From Candidatus Eiseniibacteriota bacterium (GTDB taxonomy: Bacteria > Eisenbacteria > RBG-16-71-46 > CAIMUX01 > VGJL01): a stretch of 64,000 nucleotides of DNA. Positions 49,700 to 61,975 of this stretch are shown here, in pieces (position 1 is the stretch's first letter; every line of letters starts with the position of its first letter). Location: assembly GCA_963792585.1 (NCBI GenBank), contig CAWBWI010000003.1:800001-864000 (forward strand), given 5' to 3'. The notes beneath the pieces are model-generated. The model was not told the origin of the DNA. It saw nothing but the letters and a program-made list of their open reading frames with translations, and did not search any database. The position numbers and the translations under genes were made by a program.

Positions 49700-50950
49700 T
49701 CACGGCGAGGGGATTTCGGCGGATCGCTTGATCTTCTCGCGCAGCGTCTTGCGATCGATCCCGAGGATCTCCGCTGCGCGCGTGCGATTGCCCTTCACCG
49801 CGGCGAGCACCTCCTGGATGTGGGCCCCCTCCACGTCCGCGAGCGAGCGGAGAGCGGCCGCGGGACCCTGTGCGCTCGATCGCATCGGCGCCGGAAGGTC
49901 GGGAAGTTCCACGGTCTCTCCCTTCGCCCCGGCGACGAGCCGTCGAATCGTCCACCAAAGTTCAACGACGTTGCCGGGCCACGGATAGGCCTGGAGCGCC
50001 TCGAGCGTCCGATCGGCAAAGATGGGGCAGGGCAGCCCCAGTTCCCCGGCCGCCCGCTCGGCGAAGTGCCGGGCGAGCAGGAGCAGGTCGTCGCCGCGTT
50101 CGCGCAAGGGCGGCAACGGGATCTGGATGGCGCTCAGTTTGCCGTGGAGCCGACCGTCGAATACGCCCCGCTCGACCATTCCCGCGAGATCGATGCTCGT
50201 CGATGCGACGATGCGACCCGAAGAATTCCCGCTCATGACCTCGAGGAGACTCTGCTGGGATGCGCGATCGAGCGAGTCGACGTCGGCGAGGTAGAGGGTT
50301 CCGTCCACACGGGGTTCAAACACGCCGACCCGTGCCGCGCAGTCGATCTCGATGAACAGGGATTCCGTGCGCGAGCCGACGGCATGCAGCGCCCTCGCCA
50401 CGCTGCGCAACCCCGTGCCGTTCTCGCCTCGGACGAGCACGGGCAACACCCCTTCCGCATGTTCTCGGATTGCGCGGAACACGGGCAACATCGCTTCGGA
50501 AGCGCCGAGCATGCCCGGGACCCCTTCCCGGGGGATCTCCGCCGGTGGGGCCTGCATCGAGTGCCGGGCGCGGATCCGATCGACCGCCCGTTCGATCGCC
50601 GCGAGCAGCTCGGCCGAGGTGAACGGCTTGGGAAGATAGTCGGCGGCGCCGGTGCGCATCGCGGCGACGGCTCCTTCGACGGAGGGATAGCCCGTGATCA
50701 TCAGGACCTCGGTTTCCCTCAGGTTCTCCCGTACGTGGCGTACGAGCTCGATCCCCGATACCCCCGGCATCTTCAGGTCGGTGACGACGACGTCGACCGT
50801 TTCGCCGCCGAGCAACTGGACCGCCTGCGGGACTCCCGTCGCGCAGTGCACGCGGTAGCCGGCGGTTTCCAGGTTCCGACGCAGCACCTCCAGGGTGTCG
50901 AGTGAATCGTCCACCACGAGAATGGTCCTTCGAATGTCATGCTCGTTCAT
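49700..50950 (-). CDS. NtrC-like response regulator with degenerate AAA+ domain
   Basis: Receiver VVDD...TDLKMPG...LPKPF; Walker A GENGTGLRS; GAFTGA loop absent; WPGNVVEL; GNRTRAAEILGIDRKTL HTH. Confidence 0.85.
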   Translation of the reverse strand: MNEHDIRRTILVVDDSLDTLEVLRRNLETAGYRVHCATGVPQAVQLLGGETVDVVVTDLKMPGVSGIELVRHVRENLRETEVLMITGYPSVEGAVAAMRTGAADYLPKPFTSAELLAAIERAVDRIRARHSMQAPPAEIPREGVPGMLGASEAMLPVFRAIREHAEGVLPVLVRGENGTGLRSVARALHAVGSRTESLFIEIDCAARVGVFEPRVDGTLYLADVDSLDRASQQSLLEVMSGNSSGRIVASTSIDLAGMVERGVFDGRLHGKLSAIQIPLPPLRERGDDLLLLARHFAERAAGELGLPCPIFADRTLEALQAYPWPGNVVELWWTIRRLVAGAKGETVELPDLPAPMRSSAQGPAAALRSLADVEGAHIQEVLAAVKGNRTRAAEILGIDRKTLREKIKRSAEIPSP

Positions 50951-52643
50951 GGCTTGCTCCGGCGGCGGGAAGCCGCACCTCGAACTTGGATCCGATGCCC
51001 GGCAGGCTCGTGACCGAAATCGCGCCGCCGTGAGCGGTGACGATTCCGTGCACGACCGACAGGCCGAGACCCGTCCCTTGGCCTACTTCCTTCGTCGTGA
51101 AGAAGGGGACGAAGATCTGTTTCAGGGTCTCCTCGGACATGCCGATTCCCGTGTCTTCGACGGAAACGCAGACCGTGTCATCGCCGGCGCGCGTGGCAAG
51201 CGTCAATTCCCCTCCGTCCGGCATCGCCTGCGCCGCATTGACCATCAGGTTGACGATGACCTGAAGCATCTGCCCCGGATCGGCGATCACCTTGGGGAGC
51301 TCGGGATCCAGTCGATAGACGAGGCGGATCCGTTGCGAGGCGATCCTTGGTTCGATGAAGGAGAAACCCTCGTGGATCGTGTTGTTCAGATCGACCTCGA
51401 CCATGCCCGGCGGCGTCTGGCGGCCGAAGAACATCAGCTTCTTGATGATCTCCCGGACATGCAGCGCGGCCTTGACGATCTTGTCCAGATCCTTCGCGAC
51501 CTGCGCGGGCAATCCCTGCGCATCGCGCGCGAGTTGCGCGAATCCCAGGATCCCGCCCAACGGCTCGTTCAACTCGTGCGCCACCCCCGCGGTCAGCTTG
51601 CCAAGGGTGGCAAGCCGGTCCGCATGGTAGAGCTGTTCCTGGAGACGGGTCCGCTGCTCCTCCGCCTGCCGCCCCTCGACGACGAGGGCGACCTGACGAG
51701 CGATCTCGTTGATCAGGTTCCGCTCTTCGATCAGGAACGGTCCTTCGTGCATCTGCGGCTGCGGCTCCAGATAGACGACCTCGACCGCCCCACGCGTCCG
51801 ACCATCGATGACGATATCGGCGACCTGCCCCTGGTCCGACGCACGGAAGTCGGGCGTGGAGTACGAAGCGCCGTCGAGCCGAACGCAGGCCGCGCAACGA
51901 TCGGGGTACTGCCACCCGGGCGGAAGCAGACCCGCAATCTCCGTGAGAATCTCCGGCAGCGGACGCGCGTGCGCCCCGGCGACTTTCGCGATGCCGTAGA
52001 GGCAGGTCAACTCCTTCACACGTTCCTGGAACGCCCACTGGACCCGGTGGTGGGTCAGGGCAAGGCCGAGGGCTTCCGCGACATCCTCGAAGTAATGGAC
52101 GTCCTCCTCCTCGAAGCGCTCGGCGCGTTCGTGGATCATCTGGAGCAGCCCGTAGGGTCGTCCCTCGACACGAAAGGGCAGAAGCACGAGAGAACGGAAT
52201 CCTCCCGCGCGAGCCCAGCCGGCGATCTCGATCGTGCGATCGGGCAGGTGGATCGGCCCGCACTCTTGCGCATCGGCGCTCCAGAATCCGCCGCGGGGCG
52301 TGAAGCGAGGAGCGGACGTTCCCATCGTCCCGCGAAGCAACGCCCGGCAGAGCGCGCCCTGCGGGGTCTCCGGGAGGATGGTCGCGTCCTGCGCCGTGTC
52401 GACCCGCTCCGTCTCGAAGCGGAAACCGGCGGTGGGCCGGCGGATCGCGCGGGAGCGGGTTGCGGGGGTCCATTCCTCGAGTCGGACGACGATCGCGCCG
52501 CTGCGTGAGACATCGAGGAGGATCTGCGTGACCTCCTCGAGGAACGCAACGATCGGGGCGCCCCGGTCGGCCGAACGGAGCAACCGTGTCACCAGCTCGC
52601 GATAGTCTTCGGCCGCGCGGCCGGGCCCGCCCAGTGTGGCCAA
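50937..52643 (-). CDS. Cytoplasmic sensor histidine kinase with GAF-like domains
   Basis: GGAGG RBS before TTG; AHELNEPL H-box, NLMVNA, DTGIGM, PFFTTK, GTGLGL; ERVKELTCLY segment. Confidence 0.9.
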   Translation of the reverse strand: MATLGGPGRAAEDYRELVTRLLRSADRGAPIVAFLEEVTQILLDVSRSGAIVVRLEEWTPATRSRAIRRPTAGFRFETERVDTAQDATILPETPQGALCRALLRGTMGTSAPRFTPRGGFWSADAQECGPIHLPDRTIEIAGWARAGGFRSLVLLPFRVEGRPYGLLQMIHERAERFEEEDVHYFEDVAEALGLALTHHRVQWAFQERVKELTCLYGIAKVAGAHARPLPEILTEIAGLLPPGWQYPDRCAACVRLDGASYSTPDFRASDQGQVADIVIDGRTRGAVEVVYLEPQPQMHEGPFLIEERNLINEIARQVALVVEGRQAEEQRTRLQEQLYHADRLATLGKLTAGVAHELNEPLGGILGFAQLARDAQGLPAQVAKDLDKIVKAALHVREIIKKLMFFGRQTPPGMVEVDLNNTIHEGFSFIEPRIASQRIRLVYRLDPELPKVIADPGQMLQVIVNLMVNAAQAMPDGGELTLATRAGDDTVCVSVEDTGIGMSEETLKQIFVPFFTTKEVGQGTGLGLSVVHGIVTAHGGAISVTSLPGIGSKFEVRLPAAGASHERA

Positions 52644-52680
52644 GAAAGGAGCCTCCTCGATTCCAGCCCAGAGAATGGGC

Positions 52681-52714
52681 CATGCGGGCGGGCCGGTACA
52701 AGCCCGCCCGCATG
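52681..52714 (-). terminator. Perfect 13-bp hairpin between porin and kinase genes
   Basis: CATGCGGGCGGGC-N8-GCCCGCCCGCATG; no U-tract. Confidence 0.45.
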
Positions 52715-52723
52715 CGGGGAAGC

Positions 52724-53869
52724 TCAGAACGTGCAGAGGGCGTTGAGCGTGACCGTGTTCTGGCTCCGGCGGGTGGCCTTGCGCTCCTTGCGTTCGAACA
52801 CGCTCTGATCCGATCGATCGGTCCGAAGGTCGAGCCTGAGGAGGAATCCGGAGGGGAGTTTCAGTTCGGGAGTCAGACTGATCTCCTTGAGAGTCTGTGC
52901 CGTTCCCGTCCGGAAGCCGTCTCCGTCGTCGAAGACCTCCGCCCGAGCGGTGAGCGACCAGGGGCCCGAGACTGCCGCCCGCACGTAGAGCGCCCCACCC
53001 TTCCAGATCGCATCGTCCCCGGAAGCGAGCGCCTTGGCCTCCGTCCCGTAGTCGAGATTCGCGCCAAGGGAGAACCGTCCAGCGGGTTTGTATCCGGCGA
53101 CGATGTCCACGACGTGACGAAGATCCGACGAGCTGTCGCGCTCGGCGCCGCCGAGGTAGTTGACGAGCACGGTCGCGCCGTCGACCGGTGTGAGGGCGAG
53201 CTGCGCCCCCACCGACTTCGATCGGTTGTTGTCACGCACGTTGTCCCAGCCGTTCACGAGATAGGCGGAAGCGGCCACGCGGGGGCTGAATGCGTATCCC
53301 GCCTTGAGTCCCGTCTGCGTGAACGGAATCGCATAGCCGAAGAGGAAGGAACGCGTCGCCTGATCGTTGACCCCGTCGTAGCCGTCGATCACCTCGTACC
53401 CGAGGTGGGTGACGTGCTTGCCGAAGTCGAGTCGAAGGCCTTTGCCGACGGGAAGGATATAGCTCGCCAGGGCCTGATGGATATCGATGTCTTGCGCGCG
53501 GCCCTCATCGTCGCGGAACAACCCGGATGCCGCCGCGACGCGGGGAATCGATGATCCGGCGGTGAGGTGGATGCTGAATCCGGCCTGGCCCGCCGCTGCG
53601 GGGATCCTCTGAACCGCCAACTCGGCCACGTCGATCTGGAAGGTCCCCTCGTCCTGGTCGAACACGCGGAACTGGTTCGTCCGCGAGTCCGGACGGTTTG
53701 CATTGAATCCGTAGCTCGTCGAGACGAGTCCATTGACGGTCACCTGTTGGAACCAGGGCGCCGGCTCCTCTCCTCGCGCGCCGCCGCCCAGGAACAGGAG
53801 GGGGGCGGCGAGCAGAAGAGGCGGCAGGATTCCCCGGAACGCCCGGGTACGGTGCTTGTGCTTCATCAT
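52724..53869 (-). CDS. Outer-membrane beta-barrel porin (BBP2/DUF1597-like)
   Basis: Signal peptide; DFGKHVTHLGYEVID, SFLFGYAIPFTQTG, NGWD, terminal Phe; adjacent to amtB. Confidence 0.8.
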   Translation of the reverse strand: MMKHKHRTRAFRGILPPLLLAAPLLFLGGGARGEEPAPWFQQVTVNGLVSTSYGFNANRPDSRTNQFRVFDQDEGTFQIDVAELAVQRIPAAAGQAGFSIHLTAGSSIPRVAAASGLFRDDEGRAQDIDIHQALASYILPVGKGLRLDFGKHVTHLGYEVIDGYDGVNDQATRSFLFGYAIPFTQTGLKAGYAFSPRVAASAYLVNGWDNVRDNNRSKSVGAQLALTPVDGATVLVNYLGGAERDSSSDLRHVVDIVAGYKPAGRFSLGANLDYGTEAKALASGDDAIWKGGALYVRAAVSGPWSLTARAEVFDDGDGFRTGTAQTLKEISLTPELKLPSGFLLRLDLRTDRSDQSVFERKERKATRRSQNTVTLNALCTF

Positions 53870-53888
53870 CCGTCCTTTCGTATTGTCC

Positions 53889-55100
53889 CTAGATGTAGGC
53901 CTGCTCACCGTGCAGGGATTCATCGAGGCCGGAGGTTTCCTGCGCCTCCGAGACCCGAACCGGCGTGATCAGGTTGATCAGCCAGAGCATCGCGTACGTG
54001 AAGAGGAACGCGTAGACGGAGAAGCCGATGACCGCGGTGAGCTGCTTGCCCAGGAGAGCGCCGCCTCCTCCGTAGAAGAGGCCGTCGGCGCTCGTGGCGT
54101 TGACCGCCTTCGATGCGAAGAAGCCGAGCAGGATCGTGCCCAGGCAGCCGCCGACGCCGTGGACGCCCCAGACGTCCAGCGCGTCGTCCCAGTGCGCCCG
54201 GCCCTTCACCCAGATCGCGAAGTAGCAGACGACCCCCGCAAGGGTGCCGATGATGACCGCCGATCCGGTGGTGACATAGCCCGCCGTCGGCGTGACCGTC
54301 GCGAGTCCGGCGACGGCGCCCGTGAGCAGGCCGAGGAACTTCGGTTTCTTCTCGAAGATCACCGCCATGAGGAGCCAGGCGCAGGCGGCGAACGAGGCGG
54401 CGACGTCGGTGTTCAAGAAAGCCAAGCCGGTCACGCCGTCGACCTTCAACTGGCTCCCCGCATTGAATCCGTACCATCCGAACCAGAGGAGACCCGTCCC
54501 GAGTGCGACGAGCGGGATGCTGTGGGGGCCCTTGTCGGCGATCTTCCTCGGACCGACGAAGATGACCGAGGCAAGGGCCGCGAATCCCGCGACCGCATGG
54601 ACGACGATGCCGCCCGCGAAGTCCTGCACGCCCCAGTGTTGCAGAGCGCCTCCACCCCAGATCATGTGAACGGCGGGGAAGTAGACGAACAGCAGCCAGG
54701 CGACCAGAAAGACGATGTAGGCGCCGAAGCGGACCCGGTTCGCGAAGGCGCCGGTGATGAGCGCCGGGGTGATGATCGCGAACATCATCTGATAGGTGCA
54801 GAAGACGAAGACCGGGATCGTCTGGGATCCGCTGAATGCATCCATGGGGTGCATTCCCCGGAAGAAGGCATTGTCCAGGTTCCCGATGATGCCGCCGACA
54901 TCGCCCGAGAAGCAGAGGGAATAGCCGCAGATGAACCAGAGGACGGTCGTGACCCCCATCGACACGAAGCTCTGGATCATGATCGCCAGGACATTCTTCC
55001 GGCCCACCAGGCCCCCGTAGAAGAACGCAAGCCCTGGGGTCATGAGCATCACCAAGCTCGCCGCCAGGAGCATGAACGCGGTATTGCCGGTATCGAACAT
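53889..55100 (-). CDS. amtB: Ammonium transporter
   Basis: MTPGLAFFYGGLV, DFAGGIVVH, LWFGWYGFNAGS, DDALDVWGVHG (both pore histidines present). Confidence 0.95.
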   Translation of the reverse strand: MFDTGNTAFMLLAASLVMLMTPGLAFFYGGLVGRKNVLAIMIQSFVSMGVTTVLWFICGYSLCFSGDVGGIIGNLDNAFFRGMHPMDAFSGSQTIPVFVFCTYQMMFAIITPALITGAFANRVRFGAYIVFLVAWLLFVYFPAVHMIWGGGALQHWGVQDFAGGIVVHAVAGFAALASVIFVGPRKIADKGPHSIPLVALGTGLLWFGWYGFNAGSQLKVDGVTGLAFLNTDVAASFAACAWLLMAVIFEKKPKFLGLLTGAVAGLATVTPTAGYVTTGSAVIIGTLAGVVCYFAIWVKGRAHWDDALDVWGVHGVGGCLGTILLGFFASKAVNATSADGLFYGGGGALLGKQLTAVIGFSVYAFLFTYAMLWLINLITPVRVSEAQETSGLDESLHGEQAYI

Positions 55101-55349
55101 CTGTCATCCTCCTCGGATCCCATTGAATCACAATGAGTTGAGATGTGAGTAATAACACCCCATCTACAGGGGCAAAAAGTACCAGAGAACCGATCAGAAA
55201 GTCGAGCGATACAGCGTTGCCGGCTGGATTAGAAAATCTTGGGGCTCCCGCAGCGCGCCCGGGACTCCGCGGGTCAGGTCGAGGGGAGAGGGGTTTGCCC
55301 TGCGCCGATCGGACCCCTACAGTCTCTTGTCCAAACGGAGGGTGACTCA

Positions 55350-56741
<1,392 letters not shown>

Positions 56742-56786
56742 AAGAGCGCTCACGTCGCATTCGCGGACCAGGATGGGAGAGATCGG

Positions 56787-57326
56787 GTGGTTGCTCTCGA
56801 GAGGGTGTTGGCTTTGAGTTGCGCGGCAACGCGCCGACTCAGGTGCGCCATGTTCCTGGTGGCGCTCGGTGCTGGGGTCTCGGGATCCGTCTTCTCCGCC
56901 GGTCCCGCCGCGGGTGCTGAGAGGACGCCGGCCCGCAATCGTGTCTTCCTGGAGGCGCTCGGCTCCGGCCTCCTCTACTCCCTCAACTACGAGATCGCGC
57001 TCTCGGATCGTGCGGGCGTTCGCCTCGGCGTGAGCGGACTGCCTCTCTCCAGCGCCAGCTACATCGTCGGACTCGGAATGCCGACGATTTTGCTCGGTCG
57101 CGGAGTTCATACTGCGCTGATCGCCGCCGGCATCGGAATCGGGTGGATCGAGGAGGTTGCCATCTTCGAATCCCAGGAAACCGTCGTGGCATACGGTATC
57201 GGATCCATTGGATATCAGTTCCAGCCGCACTCACGGGGAATCTTCATCCGTGGATGCTTCACGCCGGTCTTCACGGATCATGAATTCTCACCTTGGGGGG
57301 GACTGAGCGTCGGGACTGCCTTCTGA
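56787..57326 (+). CDS. Small putative outer-membrane beta-barrel protein
   Basis: Signal-like N-terminus; FLEALGSGLLYSLNYE, IGYQFQP, PWGGLSVGTAF with terminal Phe. Start uncertain. Confidence 0.62.
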   Translation: MVALERVLALSCAATRRLRCAMFLVALGAGVSGSVFSAGPAAGAERTPARNRVFLEALGSGLLYSLNYEIALSDRAGVRLGVSGLPLSSASYIVGLGMPTILLGRGVHTALIAAGIGIGWIEEVAIFESQETVVAYGIGSIGYQFQPHSRGIFIRGCFTPVFTDHEFSPWGGLSVGTAF

Positions 57327-57587
57327 TGTTCTCACGGGAAATGTGACCGGGCCGATTGCGTGGCATCGACCTGACGTCCAGCTGAGGTCACGGCATGCTT
57401 GCCCAATGCCGCTCACCTTCCCTAGTATGCAACGTTCGGCCAAGTGACGAGCGTCCGTGCGTGGATCGCTCAGACCACCAGATCGAAGGAGCGGGCGGCT
57501 GGTCGCTCTTGCGGGCCCGGCCAGAGCCGTTTTCGGCCATCCCCCTCCTTCCGTTCTCAGGGCGCCGCAGAAGGGGTGGAATCCACC

Positions 57588-58799
57588 ATGGCCACGAAAA
57601 TCATGCTCGCCGTGCTCCTTGTGCTCGCATTCCGTTCACCGACATTCGCCCAGACTTGGAACCCGGCAGCAAGCATGCCCGGGCTCGGACGCCATCATCC
57701 CGTCAGTTTCAGTCTCGATGGCTTTGGATATGCGGCCACCGGTACGACCACCCAATCGGGCGTCTCGGATGACTTCTACCGATACGACCCGATCGCGGAT
57801 AGCTGGGACGTGCTGCCGGACTTTCCGGGACCCGACAGGAGCTACTCATACGGTGGCGTCTTCAATGGAAAGGGATATCTGGGTTTTGGGTTCGGCGGCA
57901 CCTACCTTGCCGACCTGTGGGAGTACGACCCCGTCTCCGAACAATGGACCCAGCTGGCTTCTCTTCCGGCATCCGGACGGATGCACCCCGCGTTCGTCAT
58001 CACCGACGAGGGAAAGATCTTCGTGGGGATGGGCAACGCGGGAGGCAATTTCAGGGATTGGTGGGAATACGAAATCGCCACCAATGTCTGGACGCAGAAG
58101 GCGAATCTGCCGGGGGGAGCAAGGCATCATCCCTTCTACTTCAATATTGGAAAGTACCCGTATGTCGGCTTCGGCCACGGGACGGTCGTCTACAAAGATC
58201 TCTATCGCTTCGACCCGGACAACAATACATGGACTCGGATGGCGGATTTCCCCGGCGAGGCCAGGGTCGCGGGCACCCAGTTCTCCTATGAAAGCAAGGG
58301 CTACATCCTCAGCGGTCAGGGACAGGACGAACTGAACCTCGATACGGGTGAGTTCTGGGAGTACATCCCCACGGAGGATCGTTGGGTCGCGCTGCCACCG
58401 CACCCCGGCTCGGGACGATGGGCGCCCGGCAATTTCATGATCGGGCACACGCTCTATCTCATGGCCGGAGAGAGCAACACTCAGTTGGAGCATGACATGT
58501 GGAGGTTTGACATGGCGACGACATCGGACGCTGTCGACCTCGCCCCGGAGAAGGATCTCTCGTTCACTCTATGCCCGAATCCCGTCACGGGCCGGCTGCT
58601 CCGCCTGAACGGGCTCCCTGCATCTCAGGACGTTGCGGCCATCCAAATCATCGGCGTCGACGGCAGGCGGATCTGTGAACTGGAGAGTTCCTCCGCCACG
58701 ATTCGGATTCCCGACCGGCTCGCGCCCGGACAGTATTTCCTCTCATTCTCCATGGGGAGTGGAGCGCGGCATGCCCGCCGGATCACCGTGGCGAAGTAG
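57588..58799 (+). CDS. Secreted Kelch-repeat protein with T9SS-CTD-like C-terminus
   Basis: Signal peptide; six Kelch units (YDP..D.W...DFPG..R); tail CPNPV...IGVDGR...APGQYFL. Confidence 0.83.
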   Translation: MATKIMLAVLLVLAFRSPTFAQTWNPAASMPGLGRHHPVSFSLDGFGYAATGTTTQSGVSDDFYRYDPIADSWDVLPDFPGPDRSYSYGGVFNGKGYLGFGFGGTYLADLWEYDPVSEQWTQLASLPASGRMHPAFVITDEGKIFVGMGNAGGNFRDWWEYEIATNVWTQKANLPGGARHHPFYFNIGKYPYVGFGHGTVVYKDLYRFDPDNNTWTRMADFPGEARVAGTQFSYESKGYILSGQGQDELNLDTGEFWEYIPTEDRWVALPPHPGSGRWAPGNFMIGHTLYLMAGESNTQLEHDMWRFDMATTSDAVDLAPEKDLSFTLCPNPVTGRLLRLNGLPASQDVAAIQIIGVDGRRICELESSSATIRIPDRLAPGQYFLSFSMGSGARHARRITVAK

Positions 58800-58935
58800 G
58801 CACGCGGCGCGGGCACGAATCGAGGAGGCTCCCCACTGCCGGATCCCGAGTTTGTCTCAAGATACCCGGCCGTCCGGGCATCCCATGGGTCAATGGCCTG
58901 CGCCCCGAATCGCCTTCGAGGGCTCCAAGAGAGGT

Positions 58936-61782
58936 CTATTTGTACCCGAAGACCACCGCGTAGATGATCAGCCCGATCAAGAGGAGCCCGATCGTCAGAG
59001 CGGTCAACCCGAAGATCCTCCAGAAGCGGAGCATCTGCGGCGACGGCGGCTCGACCATATGCTCCTGCAGGGTCCCCTTGGCGATCATCTCCTCGTACTC
59101 GCGCGGCCGGTCGATCTTGAACTCCTCGAGCGGGACGCGGCCCGTGAAGATCACCGTGTCCATCGGGAACTTCTCGGGCCGGAAGTGGGTGTTGAAGAAG
59201 TGGATCGTGAAGATGAAGCCCACCGCCAGCAGCGCCTCGTCGCTGTGGATGATCGTCGCCACGTTGAGGAACCAGCCCGGCAGGATCTTCGTGAAGAACT
59301 CCGGGCAACCAGAGCAGGAGCCCGGTCGCGCCGATCATCGCGACGCCCCAGAAGACCGCGAAGTAGTCGAACTTCTCCCAGTACGTCCAGCGTCCGTAGT
59401 CGGGCCGCGGTCCGCGGCCGATGAACCACTTCAGCGACGCGACGAACTCCTGCCCGTCGCGCTTGTTGAAGAGCATGCTGTCCGGGCCGATGACGAGATT
59501 CTTCAGTCCGCCCGCCTCGACCCGCTTGCGCTTCAGCAGATCCCAGATGTGGAGCCCGAAGTAGGTGAAGGTGATGATCGCGCAGACCCGGTGGACGACG
59601 CCGGCCGACTCGAACCCGCCGAAGATCCGCGCCACCAGGCGCGCCCAGCCGGTGTAGGAGAACTTGAGCGCTCATGCCGGTCAGCGCCAGTCCGAAGAAG
59701 CTCACGATCACCATCAGGTGGAGCTTGCTGTAGAAGGGCTTGAAGCGCGTCGGACGTACTGGCCCGAGGCGTGCGACGTGCGCTCCTGCATCATCTGCCT
59801 GCGGAACTGAAGCGAGCGGGGGAGCCAGGCGATCGTGTGGAGTCCCGCGAACGTGAGGGTCGACAGCAGCAGGAGGGTCATCGCCCAGAAAGTGTAGAAG
59901 AGGAACGGGTACTTCTTCGGATCGTGGTGGGTCGCGTGGGTCAGGTAGCCGGCGAAGCGGCGGTTCGACCCGGGATGGCACTGCGCGCAGGTCTTCACGA
60001 TGTTCTGCCGGCTCAGGTGGGACTTCGGATCCCAGTACGGGCAGGATGTCGTGCGCGCCATGGCAGTCGTAGCACTTCGCGGTCTTGACGTAGCCGAGCT
60101 TCGAGACCTTGCCGTGGTAGGTGTCGAAGTAGCTCTCCGTGATCTTCTCGTGGCAGTGGCCGCACTGGGCCATGATGCGCCAGCTTGAAATCGCTCGCGT
60201 CGGTCCGCTGGATCCCGTGGGCGGTGTGGCAGTCGCTGCAGTCCGGCAGCTTCTCCTTCGACTTCGAGACCGTCGGAGAGTGGATGCTGTTGGTGAACAG
60301 CTCGTAGATCCCCCGGTGGCACTGAGCGCATGTCTTCGCGACGTTCGCCCGGTTGACCGTCGATGCGGGGTCGCTTGCAGGAAGCTCTCCGTGGGCCGAG
60401 TGGCAGTTCGCGCAGGTGGCCGTGACGGTCAGGCCGCTCTCGAGGAGCCCTTTGCCGTGGATCGACTCGGAGTAGTGCTCGACCATCCCGGGCTCGGTGC
60501 CCGTGTACCGAACCGCGGCCTTCTCCCCCTTGCGATGGCAGGTTCCGCACAGGTTCGGAATGTTTCGGGGATAGGTCGGGGAGGTGGTCTCCGCTTTGCC
60601 CAGGACTCCGTGAGTCCCATGGCAGTCGCTGCACCTCGGCGCGTCCGGGCTCTCGAGCGCCGCGAGCTTGCCGTGCGTGCTCGTCTTGTACTGATCGACG
60701 ACCGCCGTGTGGCAGACCGAGCAGTCGACCCGCTCGGCGACGGTCGCGCAGGGGCGCTCCAGGGACGGCGTGCAGTTCTGGTGACACTGGACGCAGGCGA
60801 CGCGTGTGTGGCGCGAGTGCGCGAGCTCATCCTGGTTGACCCGGAGCTTCGAGCTCTCGATCCCGCCCGTCGACTTCAGGTCATCGCGCGCGTGGCAGCT
60901 CATGCAGTCCTGGTCGGCCATCCCCTGCGTGTAGTAGACCTTGCGGACCTTGTGCGGAGAGTGGCAGTCGACGCAGGCCGGGATCATGTGCGGCTGCTTC
61001 TCCCAGAGCTCACCGCGGATCACCTTGCGGTGGACGCGCTCGATCTGGCCGTGGCACTTCGTGCAGGTGCCGGCGATCTTCTCCTTGGATATCGATGAGC
61101 GCGGGTCCGTGTGGGGCAGGATGTCGTGAGCCATGTGGCAGCTCGTGCATACGGCCGTGACCACGAGCCCCTTCTTGTAGAGCCCGACTCCATGGATCGA
61201 CTCGGAGTAGTTCTCCAGGATCGAATCCTGGGGGATCGCGTGCGTGAGTTGGACCGGGGTTCCCTCGTGATGGCAGCTCCCGCACAGGGACGGGATGTTC
61301 ATCACCGAGGTCGGGGAGGTTGGGTCGGCGACGCGTTGGATCGCGTGGGTCCCGTGGCAGCTCTTGCAGGTCGGAGCGAGAGGGTCTCCCCGCTTCATCG
61401 CCCGCCCGTGCAGGCTCTCGTCGTACTTCGCCTGGATATCGTCATGGCACATCGCGCAGTCGACCGGCTGGAGCTTCTCCGGATGGGGGATGTCCCCGAT
61501 GTCGGTGTGACAGTCCTTGCAGTCGACCGAGGCGTGCGGGGAGGCGATCAGGGCCGCGGCGTCGATGTGGGGGGGAGTTCCCGCCTCGCGCCTCGTGACC
61601 GCGCCGACCTCGTGACAATCGATGCAGGTCTCGGCGCCTGGAGGGAGCGCGGGCTCGGGCGGGGCGGCCGGCGCGTCGCCGTCCGGGAAGAGAAGGATCG
61701 CGAGCAGGGCGAGCAGGCCGGAGGCGGCTGCGGTCCGCGCGCGGCCCCTTGCGATTGAACCTTGGAAACCCACGAACCTCAT
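58936..61782 (-). CDS. CbcL-like multiheme cytochrome c / cytochrome b fusion (19 CxxCH); about five apparent frameshifts
   Basis: 16 CxxCH in ORF 60013-61872 plus CGHCH, CYDCH and CAQCH in shifted frames; membrane part [49 protein letters not shown]; shifts near 60180, 60036, 59750, 59671 and 59305. Confidence 0.85.
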
Positions 61783-61975
61783 CCCCCATCCCCACAAGGC
61801 CCAATCGAAGGGGCCGCTTTCGGTATTAGTTAGAATCGCTTCTGTTTCCAGAAAGAGTAAGGATCGCTTCACCGGTCGTCAAGGCGGTACTTGCCGGGGA
61901 CGGGGGCCGCCCAGATGCCGGCAGTGCCGTAGAGGACGAACCCCCCGGGAGAATCTGCGCCATTCTCCGGTACCT

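Noticed and set aside
55170..55186. Sigma54 promoter for amtB (TGGTACTTTTTGC on minus strand)
   Set aside because: GG-to-GC spacing is 8 nt, not the required 10.
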